A DNA stretch of 64,000 nt, from assembly GCA_963772725.1 (NCBI GenBank), contig CAVYYI010000003.1:224001-288000 (forward strand), written 5' to 3'. Positions within the stretch are counted from its first letter, which is position 1; each line of letters starts with the position of its first letter. The DNA is from an uncultured Phycisphaerales bacterium. Its GTDB lineage: Bacteria; Planctomycetota; Phycisphaerae; Sedimentisphaerales; Anaerobacaceae. The position numbers and the translations under genes are program-made. Shown here piece by piece: positions 19,425-30,136 of this stretch. Under the pieces are notes generated by a model. It made no database searches, had not been told where the DNA came from, and saw only the letters and a list, made by a program, of their open reading frames with translations.

Positions 19425-19850
19425 TCAATTCATTTTAGCTTTGGCTTGTCTTTCTTTTCTTCTTTCTCTTGTGCCATAAATAAATACAGAAACTAAGCCA
19501 ACTAAACCCGCAGACCCAAGAAATGAACCCGACCACTCATGCCCATGTAATACCACAATACCGCCCATAATAATTGTTGCTATGCCTAATAAAAACGCAA
19601 ATATAACGCCCAACAGGCTATTTCTCGAATCTGTATTTATTGCTTTAGTTTCAAGGCTTCTACGGTGCATACTTTGTTCTTCGGCCATTTTCATAATGCG
19701 TTCAGCACCATTAGGTATAATCTCATTATATTCTTTTAGTGTTGTGGGTGGTGGTAAAGGTCCCTGAAATTGCTGATGCATTGCAATTACTTGCTTAGAC
19801 ATTGGAGGTTGCTGGTTTTGTGAGGATAAGGAATTACTGTGCTTTGACAT
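19425..19850 (-). CDS. DUF2335-like membrane protein
   Basis: FQGPLPPP..LKEYNEIIPNGAERIMKMAEEQSMHR followed by two TM helices. Confidence 0.8.
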   Translation of the reverse strand: MSKHSNSLSSQNQQPPMSKQVIAMHQQFQGPLPPPTTLKEYNEIIPNGAERIMKMAEEQSMHRRSLETKAINTDSRNSLLGVIFAFLLGIATIIMGGIVVLHGHEWSGSFLGSAGLVGLVSVFIYGTRERRKERQAKAKMN

Positions 19851-20073
19851 TAGCGATTGTCTTAAATTGTTCAGTAGCTTTGGATATATCCATACCGGTT
19901 ATAGCCCAATCAGAACTAAGGGCACGATAATCAGCAATATTTGGGGTATTTGAACGATTATATTCGCTCACTAAAACACCACACAGATCTATTGCTTCTG
20001 CCATCCCGCCCCAAAAACTAGGCCTTGCATATAAAAAATCTGTTCCCATTTTTATCCTTTCTTCGAGCGCCAT
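19834..20073 (-). CDS. Small hypothetical protein overlapping the DUF2335 gene
   Basis: 79 aa; FLYARPSF...ALSSDW; 17 bp overlap with the downstream gene. Confidence 0.65.
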   Translation of the reverse strand: MALEERIKMGTDFLYARPSFWGGMAEAIDLCGVLVSEYNRSNTPNIADYRALSSDWAITGMDISKATEQFKTIANVKAQ

Positions 20074-20436
20074 TATAATCTATTTCGGCCAAAAGTAACT
20101 TTATTTTCTAAGAAATCTTTAGCTTTTCTAAGTTTATTATGTAAATTATGCGATATTTGTTCAAAAAAAGCAAGTCAAGAATTGCCTTATTTTAAACTGC
20201 TCTGTTTCTAAAGTATATCCGGTTAATATTTGCTACCGCTAACTATGGCATTCCGAATAAAATGAAGAAATTCCACGGTTGCGAGGGAAAACAACTCAAA
20301 ACTCAGACCTGGCTTAAGATTCTTAACTCATTGTCGGAAAAGACCTTATCGGCGGGTGGGATTTCGCTGCCGTCGGCTCGTAAATTTTATAAAGTTCCGT
20401 TAGTTCCGATACTCCGGGAAACCCCGCTTAATTCTT

Positions 20437-20646
20437 TCATTTGCGCTCTGCGCATTCTTGTGCGCTCACGTTGAAAACCCGATTGCACAGCGTGCATCTG
20501 CCTACCCCTGCTGTAACTCTTGCCCAGGGCGGCGTGATGAGTCTTGCCGCGCAGTGAGGGCAAACAATGTCCCCGAACTTGTCGATTTTAGCGAACTCTC
20601 CGGTATCGGGAGCACCAGAAACTTCTTTTTGCGAATAGTTATCCAT
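20437..20646 (-). CDS. Small zinc-ribbon-like hypothetical protein
   Basis: CPHC and CTLC pairs; ggag RBS upstream of ATG. Confidence 0.45.
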   Translation of the reverse strand: MDNYSQKEVSGAPDTGEFAKIDKFGDIVCPHCAARLITPPWARVTAGVGRCTLCNRVFNVSAQECAERK

Positions 20647-20933
20647 ACGATATTCTCCAAAGGTAAAAAACGATATTGTAGTTTATGAACGTCATAAACG
20701 CTGATTAGCCCTTTATCCGCGGGATTAAAAGAAAGGCCTTTTCCATTCGTATTTTTCGATACCCCGAGCCTGCATGTGATATGTCTGTGTTTTCCATTTT
20801 CTCTTTTTAAAAATCCGGCGGAAAAAATTTCGTTCGGGTCGATTGCCTCGAAAAAGTCCGCGAGATTATCCCTTTCAACAACCGCGCCGAAATTCGTCCT
20901 TGCGAAATTGCCCGCGTAAATCCTGTGCGCCAT
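20502..20933 (-). CDS. Phage-type SH3/Sm-like (WYL_2/DUF2693-like) protein
   Basis: F.K.NG..R...C.LG...LISVYDV....YRF pattern typical of this phage family (recognised from memory, not searched). Confidence 0.55.
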   Translation of the reverse strand: MAHRIYAGNFARTNFGAVVERDNLADFFEAIDPNEIFSAGFLKRENGKHRHITCRLGVSKNTNGKGLSFNPADKGLISVYDVHKLQYRFLPLENIVWITIRKKKFLVLPIPESSLKSTSSGTLFALTARQDSSRRPGQELQQG

Positions 20934-21154
20934 ATCGTAAACGGCAGCGGCAATGCCGGGGGAATTATAACTGCCTAAACACTGCTTTTTGTCTAACCCG
21001 ACGCCAAGAGCTGCCTGCCATAAGTCGGGGCTTACGCGGCGAATCCCCTTAAATCCGCTTTTTGAGTATGCACCCTTATTTGCCGCATTTTGCCTTTTTG
21101 TGGCGTATCTGAGATTGACCTTTCTGTTGTCAAGACCGTTGCCGTTAAAATGGT

Positions 21155-21433
21155 CTATTTCGCAGCCTTTTTCCTGAGCGGCATAATTAAACGGTGCATT
21201 CTCAGGCTTTTTCCGGTTGTTGACATTGCGTAAATATTCCCATGATTTTTAGCGCCGTACCATTTGTACTTCGCGACTTTTTGATAATCGTCATAATCGA
21301 CAATCGCGAAACCGCCATTGGTAAGCGGAATCCTGACAGGCAGATGTTCCGCGATAAATCCCGATGTTTCACTGCTTTTGAAGACTCGTTTGGCAAAATC
21401 CATAAAATTTCTCCCATAATTTTTTTTAATCAC
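21155..21433 (-). pseudogene. N-terminal fragment of HNH/AP2-type homing endonuclease-like protein
   Basis: IPLTNGGFAIVDYDDY..V..YKW...YA......MHRLIM, then stops before the expected D-H-x-N HNH core. Confidence 0.6.
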
Positions 21434-21506
21434 AGATTACACAGATTTACACTGATTTTTTCCTTTTATTTTTTAACCTGTGTTATCCGCGTAATCCGCG
21501 ATTGTT

Positions 21507-21791
21507 TTATTCCCGGCTTTTGTCATACCCCATCTCGTTTTTTAGAAGATACATAAACACCGCGCGGGGATTTCTCGAACAAGGCAGCGAGGCGTCCTTT
21601 GCGAGCGTCAAAACCCGCTTGTAAATAATCTCGTGTTCCCTGCCTGATTTAACCAGCTTATCGAGCCAGAATGTTACACGCCTGATGCATGTCCTGTCGG
21701 AAGCGTCTTTCGGCTTTAAAATTTTGCACAGCTCGTCGTAAAAAAGTATCGGATTAATCTCTGAATTCTTTTCCATATTCCCTGCTTTCAT
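21507..21791 (-). CDS. Hypothetical protein, possibly the C-terminal domain of a phage replication initiator
   Basis: 94 aa ORF ending RNPRAVFMYLLKNEMGY, downstream of the initiator fragment and repeat cluster. Confidence 0.45.
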   Translation of the reverse strand: MKAGNMEKNSEINPILFYDELCKILKPKDASDRTCIRRVTFWLDKLVKSGREHEIIYKRVLTLAKDASLPCSRNPRAVFMYLLKNEMGYDKSRE

Positions 21792-21802
21792 TAAAATGTA
21801 AA

Positions 21803-21983
21803 AACGTAACCGTAACGAACGAAACGAAAAAAAAGATTTAAAAATTCCCGTAACGAAATTGCCTGACTGAAAATAACCCTTTGATTTTGGTTTGTGCCTT
21901 TGCCTGTTACGTATTCGTATACGTAGTAATATATATTTATATATATTACGTTACGTACGGATACGTATTCGTTACGTTAGTCG
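21803..21983. repeat. Iteron-like CGTAAC/GTTACG repeat cluster around an AT-rich palindrome
   Basis: Several cgtaac/gttacg/tacgta units; gtaatatatat-tt-atatatattac inverted repeat at 21926-21949. Confidence 0.6.
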
Positions 21984-21996
21984 CCCTTTTTTTTCA

Positions 21997-22272
21997 TCAG
22001 TCAAATTCCAATAAACTGCTTTCACGCAAAGTCCCTATGGTTCCGTGCCTTGTACCCTCAAAAGACGCGAACTCCCATTCTTCGAGTTTCTTTTTAGCGC
22101 CCCTGTACTGCTTTTCTGTCATATCATAATTCCTGAAATCGCCCAGAAAGCACTGCCCCTTTTTCAGGCCGTAAATATTTTGCCTGTCATTGCGCCTTGC
22201 TCGCTCGAGCATTACGCACATCAGTTTTACCGCATTTGCGCAACTCATAAGACTATTGTCCGCGGCGAGCAA
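21997..22272 (-). pseudogene. Phage replication-initiator-like HTH N-terminal fragment
   Basis: GLKKGQCFLGD..NYDMTEKQYRGAKKKLEEW.F..F....GTI motif of phage replisome-organiser-type proteins. Confidence 0.55.
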
Positions 22273-22507
22273 TCTTTTTAGCGACAGCTATGTTTATCGT
22301 AGTATCCAGAACCCGGATAACTTCATCGCAGTCAGGGTCATTGTCCAGGCAGTCTAGAATTCTGCTCAGCATCAGAACGCCAAAATATGAATTCTTTTTC
22401 TCTATGTCCTGGCCCGTTAAGTCGCTAAAACTGTCGGGCAATTCCATCATAAAACTCCAAATCAGCCGGTCCCGTATTCTTAATATTAGGTTTTCTTTTT
22501 CGCTCAT
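22253..22507 (-). CDS. Hypothetical protein
   Basis: 84 aa ORF with aagga RBS, first gene of the minus-strand islet. Confidence 0.45.
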   Translation of the reverse strand: MSEKENLILRIRDRLIWSFMMELPDSFSDLTGQDIEKKNSYFGVLMLSRILDCLDNDPDCDEVIRVLDTTINIAVAKKIARRGQ

Positions 22508-22854
22508 CTTTTTTTCCTTTCTTTTTTTTTAACTTTTCAAAAAAACACTGCCTCTATAAGTGCCCGTACCTGCGTTTTTGAATCGAAAATTTTGCCCTTT
22601 TTTGATGCCCTCGAGCTGTAAGTCCTTGTAAAATAAGGCTAAAAAAAATTTTAAAATTTCCGTTTTTACCAAAAATATACCTGCATTTTTGATTGAAGTT
22701 TGTTAATCTGGGTAAGATTTTTGCTTAGTCCCATATATGCGGAAAGTTCATCGTAAACAGAGGTTTGCCCGCAAAAATGGAGTGGAGAAGGTTTTTTTGA
22801 GGTATAATCGGAAAGTTAAGGGTGGTTTTTGTCGATGAAAGCCATACCGAGATG

Positions 22855-22920
22855 TTGTCATTCCCGCGAAAGCGGGAATCCACTTCTCGTGTTGGATACC
22901 TGTTTTCGCAGGTATGACAA
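22855..22920. repeat. REP-like palindromic element (GTCATTCCCGCG..GCGGGAATCC family)
   Basis: ttgtcattcccgcgaaagcgggaatcc ... ggatacctgttttcgcaggtatgacaa, two hairpins in inverted arrangement. Confidence 0.75.
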
Positions 22921-23009
22921 TTAAAAATAATCGTTTTCGGCGGTCGAACAGAAAACGAGTTTATGGCATAATACTAATATAGGTTAGCGGAGTCGAATCC
23001 CATACAGCT

Positions 23010-23037
23010 TTGACAAGGCATAAAAGTATGCTATAAT
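23010..23037 (+). promoter_or_regulatory. Sigma70-type promoter of clpC
   Basis: TTGACA-16nt-TATAAT with extended TG; spacer holds the short palindrome gcata-aaag-tatgc. Confidence 0.7.
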
Positions 23038-23100
23038 AGGCTGCGATGGGCGACGATATAAAAATCCGCTTGAGCTTAATTAGAAGGTGAGGCAAAAAAG

Positions 23101-25628
23101 ATGTTTGAACGTTTTACAGACAGGGCGCGAAAAGTAATGGCGCTGGCAAATCAGGAAGCGCAGCGATTCAATCACGAATATATCGGCACCGAGCATATTC
23201 TGCTGGGTCTGGTCAAAGAAGGCAGCGGCGTCGGGGCAACTGTGTTGAAGAATCTCGATGTCGATATAAAGAAACTGCGGCTTGAGGTTGAAAAGCTTGT
23301 CAAGAGCGGCCCGGATATGGTCACGATGGGCAAACTGCCGCAGACGCCGCGGGCAAAGAAGGTTATCGAATACGCGATCGAAGAGGCCCGGTCGCTGAAT
23401 CACAATTACGTCGGCACGGAGCATATTCTGCTTGGCCTGCTTCGCGAGAACCGAAGGCATTGCGGCGCAGGTGCTGATGAATCTCGGTTTGAAGCTTGAG
23501 GATGTCCGGCAGGAGGTTTTGAATCTGCTTGGCGCGGGCGTCGATAACAGTGCAACCGGTCGCGGATTGAGACTGAAAATGCGAACCAGGCGCTATGGCG
23601 ACATGCTCAAAAGCCCAAGAGCAAGACGCCCGCATTGGATAGTTTCGGCCGCGACCTGACCGAACTTGGCCGTTGACGGCGAACTTGACCCGGTCATCGG
23701 CAGGACCGATGAGATCGAGCGGCTTGATTCAGATACTGTGCCGCCGCACAAAGAATAATCCGGTGCTTTTGGGCGAGGCGGGCGTGGGAAAGACCGCGAT
23801 CGTCGAAGGGCTTGAGCCAGCAGATAATCAATAAGCAAGTGCCTGAAATACTGAAGGACAAGCGCATCGTCGTGCTTGACCTTGCGATGATGGTCGCGGG
23901 AACAAAATATCGCGGCCAGTTCGAGGAACGAATCAAGGCCGTAATCAATGAAGTGAAACGTGCCGCGAATGTTGATGCTGTTCATAGATGAGCTGCATAC
24001 ACTGGTCGGCGCAGGCGGCGCAGAAGGCGCGATCGACGCATCGAATGTGCTCAAGCCCGCGCTTGCTCGCGGCGAGGTGCAGTGCGTCGGCGCGACAACG
24101 CTCGATGAATACAGAAAATATATCGAAAAAGACGCCGCGCTGGAACGCCGATTCCAGACGATCATTGTTGAGCCGCCGTCAAAGGATGAGACGCTCGAAA
24201 TCCTCAGAGGCTTGCGGGACCGCTATGAGGCGCATCACAGGGTGCGTTTCACCGATGAGGCGCTTTATCAGGCGGTTGAACTTTCAACCAGATATATCAC
24301 CGGCAGATGCCTGCCGGATAAGGCGATTGACGTTATCGATGAGGCCGGCGCACGGGTGCGGCTGAAGAATATGACGCCGCCGCCGGATTTGACGCAGATA
24401 GAGGAAAAGATCGAAAAACTGCAGGCGGAAAAAGATGAGGCGGTCAAGAATGCCGACTATGAGCGAGCCGCAGCGCTGCAGAGATGAGGCACAGCAGCTT
24501 ATGGACGAAAAGACACAGCTGCAGCGGCAGTGGTATGAAGAATAATAAAGAGACCACCGGCGTGGTCGATGCGGAAGTCATCGCCGAGGTGGTCAGCAAG
24601 ATAACGGGCGTGCCGCTGACACGGCTTGAAAAGACAGGAAACACAGCGGCTGCTTGGAACTCGAAGCCGAGCTGCACAAGCGGGTTGTTTCGCAGGATGA
24701 GGCGGTCAACGCGGTCGCCAAGTCGGTTCGCCGCAGCAGAAGCGGCCTGAAAGACCCGAATCGTCCGATGGGCAGCTTCATATTCCTTGGCCCCAGCGGC
24801 GTGGGTAAAACGCTGCTTGCGCAGGCGCTTGCGGAATTTATGTTCGGCGATGAAGATGCGCTTGATTCAGATCGACATGAGCGAATATATGGAAAAGCAC
24901 AACGTCAGCCGTCTGGTCGGCGCTCCTCCGGGATATGTCGGCTATGAAGAAGGCGGCCAGCTTACCGAACGAATCAGACGCCGGCCGTATGCGGTGCTGC
25001 TGCTTGATGAAATCGAAAAGGCGCATCCCGATGTGTACAATATGCTTCTTGCAGATCATGGAAGAAGGCCGCCTGACCGACAGTTTCGGCAGACATATCG
25101 ATTTCAAGAACGTCATTCTGATCATGACCAGCAACATCGGCGCCGAACTGATAAAGAATCAGTCGGGTTTCGGTTTCGGCAAGAAGACCGCCGAGGCGAA
25201 TTATGAGAAGATGAAAGAGATGCTCAATAAGGAAGTGGAGCGTCACTTCAGGCCTGAGTTTATCAACCGCCTCGACGATATGATCGTCTTCAGAGGCGCT
25301 GACACGGGACGATCTTACATCGATCGTTGAGTTTGAGCTTGACAAGGTATTCAAGCGGCTCATTGAGCACGGCTTGAAACTCGAAATGACCGATGCCGCC
25401 AAGGAATTCCTCATTGAGAAGGGCTATAATCCTGAGTTTGGCGCAAGGCCGCTGCGCAGGGCGATTGAGCATTATCTCGAAGACCCGATGTCAGAGGCGC
25501 TGCTGCGAGGCGAGTTCAAGGATAAGAACGTTATAAAGATTGACGTCAAGGATGAAGAGCATCTAATGCTTGATGGCGTTAAGGTTGAACCGACTCCGCC
25601 CAAAGCGGTAGTTGCGCAGTCGAAATAA
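23101..25628 (+). CDS. clpC: ATP-dependent Clp protease ATP-binding subunit ClpC (many apparent frameshifts)
   Basis: [13 protein letters not shown]-domain, GEAGVGKT and GPSGVGKT Walker A motifs, [27 protein letters not shown]. Confidence 0.93.
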
Positions 25629-25711
25629 ACTGCTCGAATCGCTAAAAGAGTAACGTTAAAGCAAATAATTTGTCTAATCTTCCAGTCACCATGAGCTTTA
25701 ATCCATCCTTT

Positions 25712-26723
25712 TCAAGACTGCCATCCGCCCGATTTAAGCGGAGGACGGTTCTTGGCTCGTATGTTCTCGGCCTTCCAGTGCATTGCATCACCGTAGAACA
25801 AGTAAGGAACTTTGAGGACTTGAGCAAGTTGTTGTATAAGTTTCGCAGCACCGGCGAAATCGCTTGTTATCAAAAGAGGTATCCTTTTATATTCTCCGGT
25901 ATGTGACGAGACCAAAACTAATACTCCTTGAACTGCGTAAGCACATTGGCGATCAGTTCCAAAATCAAACTTCCATGGGCAAAGCTGAACTGCCGCAAGC
26001 GAATTACGTTGAATAATCAATCGCTGCATTTTAGTCGCACCTGTAACGAGGCTTTTAATTTCTGCTGTAACATCGCGGTTTTGTAATTTAGGTTCTTCGC
26101 GTAATTCCAACTCGAGGTCATTATTGTTGAGTGGAATTATCAAATGGCAAAGTTGGCTATAGCCAAACCGTATCAGTATGCCAATCAACAGTAAAGCAGT
26201 TCCTCCGCAAACCACCGTAATTATTATCCCTCGCAGGACAGAGACTGCTAAGCCAATATTCAACTTATAATGAAATATCCATATCAGTAAACAGGAAAAG
26301 AATACCAGAAAAGGAATTCCAAAACCAAACAATAACCTTTTGTCATTACACAGGTTTCGTTCTATTGGCCGAAGTTCCCAGTCCTGAGCCGTTTCGACCA
26401 ATTCATGTGTTAGACGGCCGTGGGCAATGGAGCCTTCCCAAATCACAGGTTCGTTCGGAACATTTTTAAGGGTATCGGTGGTGGCATGCCAAACATATAC
26501 CGGAAAAATGATATTCTTGAAGTAGGAAACTAAAATAGCAAACCCACTCAGAAAAAATATCCCGAAAAAGGAATTTGTAAACCAGTGCGGCGCAGTCAGG
26601 TAATTTTACTACGATGCCAGTACTTCCCATTAAGACAAAAACTATACCAACCATGAGAGTAACCCATTGCCCTTGTTGATATACCTTCGATTTTGTTTCC
26701 TGCCATTGCAGAGTTCGTGTCAT
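25712..26723 (-). CDS. Hypothetical membrane protein (probably one gene split at ~26460)
   Basis: Two adjacent TM-rich ORFs, 26466-26723 and 25712-26446. Confidence 0.55.
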
Positions 26724-26976
26724 AAGCTAACATTTCCCATATTAAACACTTGTCGACGCAACCAAGCCTTCCTTTTCAACAATAATATCAAAATCTTCAT
26801 CGGATTACAACAATAGCATTTTTTGCGAATTTTATGACTAATTCCGCATTTTGAATCTGTGAAATCAACATTAAAAAATCTGTGTTTATCCGCGGCAAAA
26901 ACAAGATTCGTGTTAATTTGCGGTTAAAAATTGCCGAATTTAGCTATACAGAGATTTAGGTTTTTAGCGTCCTATA

Positions 26977-27810
26977 ATGCAATTTGAGGTAAGTATTATG
27001 ACTAAAATAAGCCTGAGAAATACGATTGATATGCTCAAAAATCCCGCCGATGCGCAGGTTTTTGTCAACAATTTATCTGAGCAGCTTCAAATGGCCGGAC
27101 AGGTTCAGCGAGATTTTCTGCCCGCACATCTGCCCAACCTTGAACATGTGCATTGGGGCGCAAGTTTCTTCCCTGCGGAGTGGGTCTCCGGCGATATTTA
27201 CGACGTTGCACGACTCGATGAACAACACATAGGTTTTTATGTCGCCGATGTTGTTGGACACGGAATACCCGCTGCGCTGCTGACGATATTCCTAAAGCAG
27301 GCGCTTGTTATGCGTGAGACTATCGGGAACAGTTACCATTTATTTCCGCCTGCCGCTGTGATGTCGAATCTTAACCAGAGAATGACCGAACAGAAATTGT
27401 CCGCCAATCAGTTTGCCACCTGCTGTTATTGTCTTTTAAATACAAGGACTCTTCAGTTGACTCACTCACGCGGGGGACATCCATATCCCGTTCTTATCCG
27501 CAAAGGCCAGGCTCCGCGGCAGCTTCAGACAAGAGGCTCGCTGCTCGGTGTCTTTGAGCGTTCAGACTTCGAACAGCAGACAATTCAGCTCCAGCGCGGC
27601 GATAAGCTCCTGTTATATTCCGATGGCGCCGATGAGATTATTGGCGAAGCGGATGACCATAGCCGTTTTAGATTCAGCAAAGATTTCCGCGAAATTCAGG
27701 ATTTGCCGATTGGGCGTATAATAGACAAATTTGACAGTCTCGTTGAGCAATACAAGGAAACCGCGAACAGTGTCGATGACATTACCGCCGTAGGCCTTGA
27801 AATTCTCTGA
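26977..27810 (+). CDS. PP2C-family (SpoIIE/RsbU-like) serine phosphatase
   Basis: SGDIYD, ADVVGHGIPAAL, GGHPYP, LLYSDG, DDIT. Confidence 0.9.
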   Translation: MQFEVSIMTKISLRNTIDMLKNPADAQVFVNNLSEQLQMAGQVQRDFLPAHLPNLEHVHWGASFFPAEWVSGDIYDVARLDEQHIGFYVADVVGHGIPAALLTIFLKQALVMRETIGNSYHLFPPAAVMSNLNQRMTEQKLSANQFATCCYCLLNTRTLQLTHSRGGHPYPVLIRKGQAPRQLQTRGSLLGVFERSDFEQQTIQLQRGDKLLLYSDGADEIIGEADDHSRFRFSKDFREIQDLPIGRIIDKFDSLVEQYKETANSVDDITAVGLEIL

Positions 27811-27835
27811 TTTTCCGCTGAAATATTTTAACCGT

Positions 27836-28452
27836 TTATTCTTTTATTGTCTTAACATCCTCGAAGCAGACTGGGGCGAGGTTTTTAAGTATCTTGACAC
27901 CAGGCTGCAGGCTATGCGAATTTCCCACTGTGCTTTTTGAGAGATTCTGACGTCGAAGATATGCCGCCATTCGCGGAAATTGGCCGAGACGACAATTTCG
28001 CTGGTGCAGGCGTTGGGCAGAACAAAGCGCGCATCTTCTTTTTTCAGGCCTCGCTGCCGCCATTTGTGATACATCTGCTGGATAATCTGCATATCGTTAT
28101 GAAAATCATCGGCGAATTCAGAGGGCATTTCTTCGGGCATTACGTAATCGAATTTTTCCTCGTCAACGTACCGCTGAGACTGCTGGCAGACAGACATAAG
28201 ACGGTGTCTGACAAGCTGATGGGTCATCGCGCGTGAGCAGTTTTTTATGCGGAATGTGGCGTAAGCGTGTTCCAGCGGTGAATCGTGCCCCATCTTAAGG
28301 AGCCGCCTGATAAAATCCGCCTGGGAATTCGCGCCGATTTTATCGAAGCTCAGATAGCACGTTCTGCCGGCCTGCTCGATAACTTTTTCAGCTTCGGGCG
28401 TTATTGATATAAGTTCAACTTCCAGTTTTTTAGCACCGCTTTGCTCATTCAT
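27836..28452 (-). CDS. thyX: FAD-dependent thymidylate synthase
   Basis: GHDSPLEH, HQLVRHR..QQSQRY, EDARFVLP, AQWEIR; true C-terminus (ILKNLAPVCFED) probably in another frame ending 27836. Confidence 0.93.
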
Positions 28453-28639
28453 AAACATTAACCTTAAATTTTTATTAGACTGATATAACATTTTCACGGA
28501 TTTTTTCCAGAGTTTTCTGTTATCACCGCATTAATTTTATATTGGACAACCGGAGTTACTTAACATATACTTCTTTATCCTTTGTTCTGGCAATCCTACA
28601 GTATATGCCTATTAATGGTTTTAATTAGAAGACGTAAAA

Positions 28640-29338
28640 ATGAATGATTTAACAAGTAAGCAGATGAAACCTTTTGTTCGTTTTTGTTTATATTTTATTA
28701 CATTGGCGATTATCCTGTCTATTGTAGCGGCTCTTTTATGCCGATTCGGTTTTGAAATCGTGGCCAAAGAAGACGGTTTAATGGAATGGCTCGAATGCCT
28801 GTGGCTTTGCATCAGCTGCCTGTTTTTATTTCTTGCGTCAACGCGAAAAACCGATTATTCGAAGCTTTTTGGGATTCTGTGGCTTGTGCCTTTGATAGCA
28901 GTGTTCAGGGAGTTAGACGGAATTTTTGACAAGGCATTTTTCCATGGTGCATGGGTCGTTCCGGCAGGGATTATCGTTATTTTAGTTGTGTATAAAATAT
29001 TAAAATCATCTGCAACTTTGGCTGCAGAAGTACTTGGTTTTATGCAAAGTCAACAGATAATATTTCTTGGTTTTGGATTTTTTATGGTTGTCGTTTTTGC
29101 CCAGGTGTGCGGTTGGCAGGCTGTATGGCACAAACTGCTTGGTGAACATTACCATAGAAGAGTAGGCCGATTTATAGAGGAGCTTATCGAATTTTTCGGT
29201 TATGTTACCATCATTATGGGTTCACTTGAATGCTGGCTTGGAGCAGAAGAAAGAAAGACCAGCAAAGAACAACCAAAGGTTACAGATAAGAAATCAAAAA
29301 AAGATTTAACCGCAGATTATGTAAATATCACCAATTGA
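28640..29338 (+). CDS. Hypothetical multi-pass membrane protein
   Basis: About six hydrophobic segments; RELD and EELIE motifs. Confidence 0.7.
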   Translation: MNDLTSKQMKPFVRFCLYFITLAIILSIVAALLCRFGFEIVAKEDGLMEWLECLWLCISCLFLFLASTRKTDYSKLFGILWLVPLIAVFRELDGIFDKAFFHGAWVVPAGIIVILVVYKILKSSATLAAEVLGFMQSQQIIFLGFGFFMVVVFAQVCGWQAVWHKLLGEHYHRRVGRFIEELIEFFGYVTIIMGSLECWLGAEERKTSKEQPKVTDKKSKKDLTADYVNITN

Positions 29339-29373
29339 GATTGCCGCGGCCTAAAGAGATGCCTCGCAATAAC
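29337..29373. repeat. Half copy of a GAGATTGC..CTCGCAAT REP-like element
   Basis: gagattgccgcggcc...gcctcgcaataac between convergent genes. Confidence 0.45.
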
Positions 29374-29389
29374 GAGAAGATAGCGGCGT

Positions 29390-30136
29390 TTATTTCCCAT
29401 CGTAGCCGCAATAGCCAATCTGGTCGCAGGCCTGCTTCATACGTGTCCATGCCTGTTTGTCTTTTATGACCTCAAGGGCGAGCGGAAAGAGGATATTATC
29501 TTCCATAAAAACATGCATTCTCATGGCCGGCACGAGACGATTGACAATCTGGCTTAAGTTTCGCTTGAACTCATCGAAATCCATTTCGTCAATCTTCCAG
29601 GCAAGGCCTTTGAGCCTGTAATTATACCTGCTTATTTCCCAGTGCTGCTTGCCAATAATATCGAGCATATCGGCGTATCCGAACTGGCGTAATTGCGGGT
29701 AGATGACTTCCTCTTCGCGTTCGCGATGCTGCTCGGCGGCCATAAGATGACCGGCAATATGCGCGAGTCTGCGGCACTCCTGGGTAAAACTCGAGGCGGA
29801 GGTCAGGGCCTGGATATCATCATTGGTTTCCTCGAGGTCGGAAATAAAGCATAAAATCATTTCGTGTTCGGCCAGTACTTTTTGCAAAACATGGTTGGCG
29901 GGCAGTTCAGCCTTTAATTTAGCGCACTGGTCAGGCAGTATTTTCCTGTTCTGGCTCCACATGCGCCACAGCTCGAATGCTGCGACGCCAGCGGCCAAAA
30001 CATTAAGCTGCGCAAGAGCGACCTCCATAAAATCGGCCTCAGCTAAAAACATTCGCTCTTTTGGAACGAGTTTAACAGCCTGATGGTCGTTATTGAGACG
30101 CAGCAAAATCTCTGTTAGCTTACTTACCTTTTCCAT
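29390..30136 (-). CDS. Hemerythrin-like (DUF438-related) protein
   Basis: H..REEEVIYP, QH, HVFMEDNILFP, IGYC. Confidence 0.8.
   Translation of the reverse strand: MEKVSKLTEILLRLNNDHQAVKLVPKERMFLAEADFMEVALAQLNVLAAGVAAFELWRMWSQNRKILPDQCAKLKAELPANHVLQKVLAEHEMILCFISDLEETNDDIQALTSASSFTQECRRLAHIAGHLMAAEQHREREEEVIYPQLRQFGYADMLDIIGKQHWEISRYNYRLKGLAWKIDEMDFDEFKRNLSQIVNRLVPAMRMHVFMEDNILFPLALEVIKDKQAWTRMKQACDQIGYCGYDGK

Larger units (their letters stand above)
19425..22560 (-). mobile_element. Decayed prophage- or replicon-like islet between tsaB and clpC
   Basis: Cluster of short co-oriented phage-like ORFs and ori-like repeats; no integrase visible. Confidence 0.5.

Noticed and set aside
21803..21983. 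Possible CRISPR array
   Set aside because: Units are 6-9 bp and irregular, with no constant repeat-spacer period and no cas genes
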